DNA from: an uncultured bacterium
GTDB lineage: Bacteria; UBA8481
Length of the DNA: 22,214 nucleotides
Direction of reading: 5' to 3'
NCBI GenBank assembly: GCA_964499705.1
Contig: CAZCME010000020.1
Span: 62,001-84,214 of the forward strand
Shown here: piece by piece, positions 17,101-22,214 of the stretch
How the letters are laid out: the number at the start of each line of letters is the position of its first letter
Numbering within the stretch: position 1 is the stretch's first letter
Made by a program: the position numbers and the translations under genes
The notes under the pieces: model-generated
The model's input: the letters and a program-made list of their open reading frames with translations, nothing else
Told to the model about the DNA's origin: nothing
The model's database searches: none

Positions 17101-17407
17101 GAGCGGCCAGGGCGTGCCGGTCGGGGCCATCGGCAAGATCCACGAGGGATCGAGCGAGATCATCGACCGGATTCTCCGCGGCGACATCAGCCTCGTCATC
17201 AACACGCGCGATTCCCGGAAGGCCGCCAACGACGCGCGCCGCATCGACCGGGCCGCCCTGAATCACAGCGTCCCCGTCTATTCCACGCTCCGCGCCGCTT
17301 CCGCCATGACGGAGGCCCTGAAGATCTACTGCCGATCGGGCGCGGGAGAACCCGTGCGCCTGCAGAAAATAGGGGGACATTCTCCAACATTCCAACGTTC
17401 AGAATGA
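14120..17407 (+). CDS. carB: Carbamoyl-phosphate synthase large subunit (1095 aa)
   Basis: [30 protein letters not shown] start overlapping the carA stop; duplicated ATP-grasp halves ([34 protein letters not shown]) and MGS-like C-terminus. Confidence 0.97.
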   Translation: MPRRTDISSILLIGAGPIIIGQACEFDYSGTQAAKALKREGYRVILVNSNPATIMTDPEMADATYIEPLTVESVEKIIAIEKPDAIISTMGGQTALNLAKGLHEAGVLDRHGVKLIGAGFEAIRKGEDREAFRVVCSEAGVEVPRAVVARTIEDGLRISADLSYPVVLRPAFTLGGTGSGIARSEDELRSMLGIGLLASPVGEVLVEECLLGWLEYELEVMRDAADRCVVICVIENVDPMGVHTGDSVTVAPAMTLSDHLYQKMRDASFAIMRGVGVETGGSNVQFALQPGTGRIVAIEMNPRVSRSSALASKATGFPIAKIAALLAAGYLLDEIDNDITGRTKAAFEPALDYVVTKIPRFAFEKFKEADQTLTTSMKSVGEVMAIGRNFPESLQKALRGLEIGRNGLAADGKGLDAVTRVMVKKDGDDPVRREFTQEVLYKIKMPNCDRLFNIKYALMLGVAAEEIATLSGIDIWFICQIERLVDFEAVVAREGLDDTRLAEAKRLGYSDAQLDFLSGPDSAAGSTRNRRTAAGIERVYKCVDTCAGEFEAVTPYFYGTFGDETEAVPSGREAVMILGSGPNRIGQGIEFDCCCCHAAYALREDGYEVVMVNSNPETVSTDYDTSDKLFFEPVVVEDVLDIGKATNAVGAIVSIGGQTPLSIAHGIEAGGIRILGTSVASIDRAEDRELFATLVHKLGLKQPANATVRGIEDALRVAGKIGYPILVRPSYVLGGRAMQVAYSESELRLLAQEALDASDGRPLLIDQYLDQALEADVDALSDGRATAIAGVMEHVEPAGIHSGDSAGSFPAYTFSPDIVERMKDATRKFAKELEVCGLINVQFAVKGGEIYVIEVNPRASRTVPFLEKATGVKWAGAAARVMMGRTLADLKITDGDPRGYFYIKEVVLPFNRFENVDPVLSPEMKSTGEVMGIGLTFAEAYLKAQLAAGNRLPKRGGVLLTITDRDKEPAVALARDLSSLGFDLFGTPGTSKFMSGQGVPVGAIGKIHEGSSEIIDRILRGDISLVINTRDSRKAANDARRIDRAALNHSVPVYSTLRAASAMTEALKIYCRSGAGEPVRLQKIGGHSPTFQRSE

Positions 17408-17500
17408 AGGACTTACACGATTCGACTTCGGTCCCTGATAAGGACTCTTCGCGCAACTCGTTCATGCCCAATGTTGGAATGTTGGAGAATGTCCCCCTAT
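17369..17500. repeat. 132-bp element with perfect 28-bp terminal inverted repeats (REP/MITE-like)
   Basis: ATAGGGGGACATTCTCCAACATTCCAAC (17369-17396) and its exact reverse complement GTTGGAATGTTGGAGAATGTCCCCCTAT (17473-17500), 76-nt spacer. Confidence 0.9.
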
Positions 17501-18387
17501 GTCCGATGTGCGATCGTGCGGGTGGGAATGAGCCCGTCGGTGCGCCGGTCCTGGAACAGGCTTGCCTGGTTGCGTCCGATCCGTTCGATCCTGCCGGCCC
17601 CGTCTATTCCCTGCATCGCTGCGAGGCATGCGGAGTTCACTTCATGAGGGGAGGCGCGCCGGAGTATCAGCCGGAATATTTCGGAGTGGACCGGTTGAAG
17701 CGTTTCGCGCCGTTCCTCGCGTTGCGCCTCGGGAAGATGCGTCGGGCCTTGCGGCAGGGGAAGATCCTCGACTATGGATGCGGTTCGGGCGAGTGCGCGT
17801 TGTATCTGAAGGAGCAGGGAGGATATGACGCGTGGGGATTCGATCCGAACCTGGTCCGCGAATCGGAAAATCTGACGCGCGAGTGGAACCGCGTCGTGGC
17901 GGAGCAGCCGTTTGATCTCATCATGTTCTGGCATTCCCTGGAGCATCTCGACGATCCGTGCGCCGTCCTGAAGGACGCGGTGTCCGCTCTGAAGCCCGGC
18001 GGAAAAATATTCGTCTCCGTGCCCCATTTCGGATCCGCGCAGTCGAAGGCGGGCGCGATGTGGTTCCATCTCGATCTGCCGCGTCATCGATGGCAGTTCG
18101 ATCGCATCTCGTTGTCGGAACTGTTGAGACGCGTCGGCCTGAAACCGGTCTTCTGGTTCGAACGATCCTGGGAATACGATCCGGCCGGCTGGCTCGGCAC
18201 GTGGTGGAACCGGCTCCTGCCCCGCAGAAACGCCTTCTACATGGCCTGGAAAGGAAACGGCGCCCGCGATTTCTCCTTCCTGGCCTCGCTTCTCTCATTG
18301 CCGATCCTCGCTCCGCTCGCGCTCCTGCGGACGCTGCTTCCGGACGGCGGAGCGACGCTGGAAGTCGTGGCGGAGAGAGAAAGATGA
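17404..18387 (+). CDS. Class I SAM-dependent methyltransferase with N-terminal Cys cluster
   Basis: ILDYGCGSG motif [35 protein letters not shown]...CEAC; ATGA overlap with the carB stop (later starts such as 17464 are possible). Confidence 0.85.
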   Translation: MKDLHDSTSVPDKDSSRNSFMPNVGMLENVPLCPMCDRAGGNEPVGAPVLEQACLVASDPFDPAGPVYSLHRCEACGVHFMRGGAPEYQPEYFGVDRLKRFAPFLALRLGKMRRALRQGKILDYGCGSGECALYLKEQGGYDAWGFDPNLVRESENLTREWNRVVAEQPFDLIMFWHSLEHLDDPCAVLKDAVSALKPGGKIFVSVPHFGSAQSKAGAMWFHLDLPRHRWQFDRISLSELLRRVGLKPVFWFERSWEYDPAGWLGTWWNRLLPRRNAFYMAWKGNGARDFSFLASLLSLPILAPLALLRTLLPDGGATLEVVAERER

Positions 18388-18398
18388 CGGATGTGGCA

Positions 18399-18426
18399 CT
18401 TCATCCTTCATAATTCATCCTCCATC
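18399..18426 (+). repeat. Degenerate CTTCATC heptamer array (4 units)
   Basis: CTTCATC-CTTCATA-ATTCATC-CTCCATC in the 46-nt gap between the methyltransferase and MgtC genes. Confidence 0.75.
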
Positions 18427-18433
18427 CTTTAAT

Positions 18434-19144
18434 ATGAATTTCTCCATGGATACAACCGATCTTTCGATTCTCGCCAACCTGAGTGAAGCCGACATCATCA
18501 CGCGTCTCATCGTGGCGGCTTTTCTCGGGGCGGTCGTAGGCATCGAGCGCGAATTTCACCGGCAGCCCGCGGGACTCAGGACGCACATCATCCTCTGCAT
18601 CGGCTCGGCCCTGGCGATGTGCGTCTCCATACGCCTCGCGATGGATTATCGTACCCTGGCTCCCAATGGCGATCCGGCCCGCCTGGCGGCGCAGGTCATC
18701 TCGGGAATCGGTTTTCTCGGCGCCGGCGCCATCATGCGCTATGGCACGAGCATCAAGGGTCTCACGACCGCGACGTCCCTGTGGACCATCGCGATCGTCG
18801 GCATCGCCGTCGGCGCGGGACACTTCCTGGCCGCCGTCGCCGCGACCGGACTGCAATTGACGACGCTCGTCGTTCTTGATTACGTCGAGAAGAAATTCAT
18901 CCATGGCAGGGCGACCCGCACCATTCACCTCGACGCCCTCGATCGTCCTCATATCGTCCAGGAATTCGAGGATATTCTTACGATGAAGAAGATCGATATC
19001 AAGTCCATGAACGTGAACAAGAACCTGGAGGAGAACCAGATCGAGATCGAGGCGCTTGTGAAGCTGCCGGAAGCGGCCGATATCGACGATATCGTCGATA
19101 CGCTCTCCATGATTCCCGGCGCGAAGAAATTCGAAGTGGAGTGA
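18434..19144 (+). CDS. MgtC/SapB family membrane protein with ACT-like C-terminus
   Basis: GIERE...AGLRTH, DPARLAAQVISGIGFLGAG and GLTTATSLW signature motifs. Confidence 0.93.
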   Translation: MNFSMDTTDLSILANLSEADIITRLIVAAFLGAVVGIEREFHRQPAGLRTHIILCIGSALAMCVSIRLAMDYRTLAPNGDPARLAAQVISGIGFLGAGAIMRYGTSIKGLTTATSLWTIAIVGIAVGAGHFLAAVAATGLQLTTLVVLDYVEKKFIHGRATRTIHLDALDRPHIVQEFEDILTMKKIDIKSMNVNKNLEENQIEIEALVKLPEAADIDDIVDTLSMIPGAKKFEVE

Positions 19145-19157
19145 AGAGGAGCCTGCC

Positions 19158-20129
19158 ATGAATTATCGCGAGCTGGGAACGACGGGAGTGAAGGTGTCGG
19201 AGCTGAGCCTCGGATGCTGGACGCTCGGGGGACTCAACTGGGCCGACGGCCAGCCCAACGGCTGGGCGAACGTGGACGAAGCGGAGTGCATCCGCGCCAT
19301 CCGGCTCGCCCTGGACCGCGGCGTCAATCACTTCGATAATGCGGACGTGTACGGCAACGGACGCGCGGAACGCATGCTGGCGAAAGGGCTCGGCTCCGAT
19401 TCCGGAAACGTCGTCGTCGCGACCAAGGTCGGTCACTTTCCGGGAACGGCGGGCCACGCATATGAGCCGCTTCATATCCGGCATCAATGCGAGCAGTCGC
19501 TTGTGAATCTCAAGCGCGACTTCATCGACGTGTACTATTTCCATCACGGGAATTTCGGCGAGAACGACCGGTATCTCGATGACGCGGTCGAGATGGCCTA
19601 TCGCCTCAAGGACGAAGGAAAGATCCGCGTCATCGGGCTCTCCGCGTATTCGAACGAGGATTTCCTGCGGCTCGTTCCCAGGATCCAGCCGCAGGTCCTG
19701 CAGAGCTGGGCGAACATGCATGACAATCACTACATCGCCGAAGGCCATCCTGTCCGGAAACTGATGGATGAGCGAAAGATCTCCTTCGTCGCCTTCGGCC
19801 CCCTGAAGAAGGGGCTCATGCTGGGAAAATACTCCCCGAAGAATCCTCCGAAGTTCGAGCCCGGAGACCACCGCGCATCGTCTCAATCATTCAGCATGGA
19901 AGAGCTGGCGAAGATCGAGCCGAAGATCGAAAAAATGAAAGCCCGCTTCGGCGCGCGGACGGAGGATCTATCCCGCGCCGCGCTGCAGTATCTCTTCGCC
20001 CAGCCCTGCGTGGCGTGCGTCATCCCGGGCTTTCGGAACTCGGCTCAGGTGGAGATGAACCTCTCCGCCGAAGGCAAACCGCTCACGAAGGACGATGTGA
20101 ATTATATCAATGAAGTCTGGAGGAGTTGA
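19158..20129 (+). CDS. Aldo/keto reductase
   Basis: YRELGTTGVKVSELSLGCW, FDNADVYGNG, VATKVG, SLVNLKRDFIDVYYFH, GKIRVIGLS and VIPG motifs; SD GAGGAG. Confidence 0.95.
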   Translation: MNYRELGTTGVKVSELSLGCWTLGGLNWADGQPNGWANVDEAECIRAIRLALDRGVNHFDNADVYGNGRAERMLAKGLGSDSGNVVVATKVGHFPGTAGHAYEPLHIRHQCEQSLVNLKRDFIDVYYFHHGNFGENDRYLDDAVEMAYRLKDEGKIRVIGLSAYSNEDFLRLVPRIQPQVLQSWANMHDNHYIAEGHPVRKLMDERKISFVAFGPLKKGLMLGKYSPKNPPKFEPGDHRASSQSFSMEELAKIEPKIEKMKARFGARTEDLSRAALQYLFAQPCVACVIPGFRNSAQVEMNLSAEGKPLTKDDVNYINEVWRS

Positions 20130-20154
20130 AGTACTTCATCCTTCATCCTTCATC
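20127..20154 (+). repeat. 12-bp palindrome plus perfect (CTTCATC)x3 array between convergent genes
   Basis: TGAAGT|ACTTCA at 20127-20138 overlapping CTTCATC x3 at 20134-20154. Confidence 0.8.
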
Positions 20155-20158
20155 TTTC

Positions 20159-21631
20159 CTACCTGATCATCGATCTCTCGCCGGATCCGGAATAGTTGAT
20201 GAAGACGGTCTTCAACTCCGTGAAGAAATTGAGCCCGGTCGTCGACATCTCCCGTTCACCGACTCCCGTGGATTTCATTCCGCCGAAGGGCAGCTGAGCC
20301 TCGCCTCCGATCGTCGGCTCGTTCACGTGCACCATCCCCGCCTCGATCTCCTCCGCATACCGCATGACCTTGTCGATGTCCTGGGTGAAGATCGAGCCTG
20401 AGAGCCCGAACTCGATGGCGTTGGCCATCCGGACGGCCTCCTCGAAGTTGGCCGCCGTGGAGATCGCCAGGACCGGTCCGAAGACTTCCTCCTTGAAGAT
20501 CCGCATCTCGGGCGTGACGTTGTCGAAGATCGTTGGCTGGACGAAATATCCGTTCGGCAGTTCCTGCACGCGGTCGCCTCCGAGGACGAGGCGCGCTCCG
20601 TCCTTCTTCGCGACCTCGATGTATTCGAGATCCGTCTTGAACTGTTTCTCGTCGACGGCCGGGCCCATGTCGTTGGCTTCATCGAGACCCGGCCCGACCT
20701 TGATCCTGCGGGCTTTTTCGACGATGCGGTCCATGAGTTCGCTCTTGATCTTCGGATGAGCGATGACGCGCGAGGTCGCGGTGCAGCGCTGGCCGGTGGA
20801 GCCGAAGGCGCCGCCATGGATCGCGGCTTCGGCTTTCGAAAGATCGGCGTCGTCCATCACGATGACGGCGTTCTTGCCGCCCATCTCGCACGTTACCTTC
20901 TTCCCGAGCCGCGCCGCCTGCTCATACAGGTTCATGCCGACGGAATTGGAACCGGTGAAGGAGACGGCACGCACCGCCGGGTGCTTGACGATGACATCTC
21001 CGACTTTCGAACCCGGACCGACGACCATGTTCAGCACGCCCTTCGGGAGTCCCGCTTCCTCGAGGATCTCCACGAGAATCGTCGCGGTCGCGGGAGTCAG
21101 TTCCGCGGGCTTGAAGACGACGGTGTTGCCGGCGACGAGCGCGGGCGCGATCTTCCAGCATGGAATGGCCCACGGAAAATTCCAGGGCGCGATGAGGCCG
21201 ACGACTCCCAGGGGTCGGCGAATCGTGTATGTGAAACAGTCGCGACTCTCCGCCGGCAGCGTCTCGCCGGAGATGCGGAATCCCTCGCCGGCGTAGTACT
21301 CCATGACATTGATGCCCTTCGTCGTTTCGCCGCGCGCCTCCTTCAGGATCTTTCCTTCCTCGCGCGTCATCGTCTTCGCGATCTCCTCCGCGCGTTTCCG
21401 GCAGAGTTCCACCGCGCGCCAGAGAATCCGGCCGCGCTCCGGACCGGGCGTCTTCTTCCACGCCGGGAAGGCGTGTTCCGCCGCGGCGATCGCGCGCTGC
21501 GTGTCCTCCGCGCCCGCGGATGGGAATTCCGCGAGAACGTCGTTCGTATCCGCGGGATTGATGTTGCGGGTGAGTCGATCCGATTTCGGATTGATCCATT
21601 CGCCGTCGATGAAAGATCCGGTCTTAGCCAT
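20159..21631 (-). CDS. NAD(P)-dependent aldehyde dehydrogenase (possibly KGSADH/YcbD-like), 490 aa
   Basis: Start MAKTGSFIDGEW at 21631 with SD GGAGG (21642-21638); PWNFP, FTGS, EMGGKN (catalytic Glu), GQRCTA (catalytic Cys), EEVFGPV and PFGG motifs. Confidence 0.95.
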   Translation of the reverse strand: MAKTGSFIDGEWINPKSDRLTRNINPADTNDVLAEFPSAGAEDTQRAIAAAEHAFPAWKKTPGPERGRILWRAVELCRKRAEEIAKTMTREEGKILKEARGETTKGINVMEYYAGEGFRISGETLPAESRDCFTYTIRRPLGVVGLIAPWNFPWAIPCWKIAPALVAGNTVVFKPAELTPATATILVEILEEAGLPKGVLNMVVGPGSKVGDVIVKHPAVRAVSFTGSNSVGMNLYEQAARLGKKVTCEMGGKNAVIVMDDADLSKAEAAIHGGAFGSTGQRCTATSRVIAHPKIKSELMDRIVEKARRIKVGPGLDEANDMGPAVDEKQFKTDLEYIEVAKKDGARLVLGGDRVQELPNGYFVQPTIFDNVTPEMRIFKEEVFGPVLAISTAANFEEAVRMANAIEFGLSGSIFTQDIDKVMRYAEEIEAGMVHVNEPTIGGEAQLPFGGMKSTGVGEREMSTTGLNFFTELKTVFINYSGSGERSMIR

Positions 21632-21754
21632 GTGATGCCTCCAAATTGAAGTGCCGATCTTCCGGCACGGGGTCGAACAGTCTAGCAGGAATCCCATGGC
21701 ATTGGAAAGAGATGAGACGCCGGCGCAGAACATCCCCATCCGATGGCAGGAAAT

Positions 21755-21874
21755 TTAACAGGATGGGCAGGATGGGCAAGATGTGAGAGGAATGAAAACC
21801 ACTGTCCGATTACAGGACATAATTACCTTCAAGCCACCCTGAATTGATCCTGCCTATCCTGTTCATCCTGTTAA
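21755..21874. repeat. 120-bp hairpin element with 28-bp arms built from CAGGAT-containing nonamers
   Basis: TTAACAGGATGGGCAGGATGGGCAAGAT (21755-21782) pairs with ATCCTGCCTATCCTGTTCATCCTGTTAA (21847-21874): 24/28 Watson-Crick, 3 G-T and 1 A-C. Confidence 0.85.
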
Positions 21875-21926
21875 TATATTTGATGTGGAAGTTCTGGCGC
21901 CGGCGCGGATTCGTCGGGCTCGATCG

Positions 21927-21955
21927 TTGAATTTTCATGCGGACGATGGTAAGTT
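21927..21955 (+). promoter_or_regulatory. Sigma-70-type leaderless promoter of DUF971 gene
   Basis: TTGAAT-N17-TAAGTT with TGn extension, 6 nt before the ATG at 21962; no SD. Confidence 0.6.
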
Positions 21956-21961
21956 GTTCTC

Positions 21962-22214
21962 ATGGTCGATCCGGCACCCTCGAAGCTGAAGAATGTGGAG
22001 GACCGGGAATTGGAGATCACGTGGGACGATGGCGTCGTGACCACGGCGTTGTATCGCGATCTCCGCGCCGCTTGTCCGTGCGCGGCCTGCGTGAACGAAT
22101 GGACGGGGGAGAGGACGCTTGATCCGGCCGCGGTCAATCCCGCGGTGAAGCCGGCATCGGTGTCCCTGATGGGGAATTATGCCGTGAAATTCGAGTGGAA
22201 CGACGGCCATGACA
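21962..22214 (+). CDS. DUF971 / gamma-butyrobetaine-dioxygenase N-terminal-like protein (3'-truncated); not in ORF track
   Basis: Manual translation MVDPAPSKLKNVEDRELEITWDDG...LRAACPCAACVNEWTGER...MGNYAVKFEWNDGHD; LR..CPCAxC, GNYA and WxDGH are DUF971 hallmarks. Confidence 0.88.
   Translation, partial: MVDPAPSKLKNVEDRELEITWDDGVVTTALYRDLRAACPCAACVNEWTGERTLDPAAVNPAVKPASVSLMGNYAVKFEWNDGHD

Noticed and set aside
15638-17395. Long antisense ORFs (e.g. 585 aa opposite carB, 438 aa at 8247-9563, 328 aa at 13910-14896)
   Set aside because: Expected stop-poor shadow frames of GC-rich genes; no motifs.
18394-18410. TGGCAC as possible sigma-54 promoter for MgtC
   Set aside because: No TTGC/GC at the -12 position (TGGCAC-TTCAT-CCTTC).
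21632-21739. 36-aa N-terminal extension of the aldehyde dehydrogenase
   Set aside because: A strong SD precedes the ATG at 21631 and a candidate extended -10 (TGC-TAGACT, 21687-21679) lies inside the extension.
18399-21874. Short tandem repeats as a CRISPR array
   Set aside because: Units are 7-9 nt without unique spacers, and no cas genes are present.

Overview
GC-rich bacterial window from a diderm organism; no rRNA, tRNA, CRISPR array or intact transposase was seen. Left to right it holds: (1) two tandem paralogous outer-membrane beta-barrel/porin genes, each with a Rho-independent terminator, the second behind a well-spaced sigma-54 promoter; (2) a ~2.9 kb island (2217-5117) of three unrelated nucleotidyltransferase + small-partner modules resembling toxin-antitoxin (TA) pairs, one partner being a 55-aa gene missing from the ORF track, capped by a perfect 15-bp-arm palindrome that forms a mirror-image bidirectional promoter; (3) a surface-glycan block: SGNH/AlgX-like protein, GH81 endo-beta-1,3-glucanase, O-antigen-ligase-family protein, NodU/CmcH carbamoyltransferase and GT2; (4) a secreted glycine-zipper protein; (5) carA-carB followed by a SAM methyltransferase, MgtC/SapB and an aldo/keto reductase; (6) an aldehyde dehydrogenase and a partial DUF971 gene. 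Non-gene signals include a perfect 28-bp inverted repeat spanning the carB/methyltransferase junction that encodes the ends of both proteins, a 28-bp nonamer-built hairpin element, CTTCATC heptamer arrays at two gene junctions, a DnaA box upstream of carA, and repeated leaderless promoter architecture. All family calls come from manual motif recognition; no database search was run.
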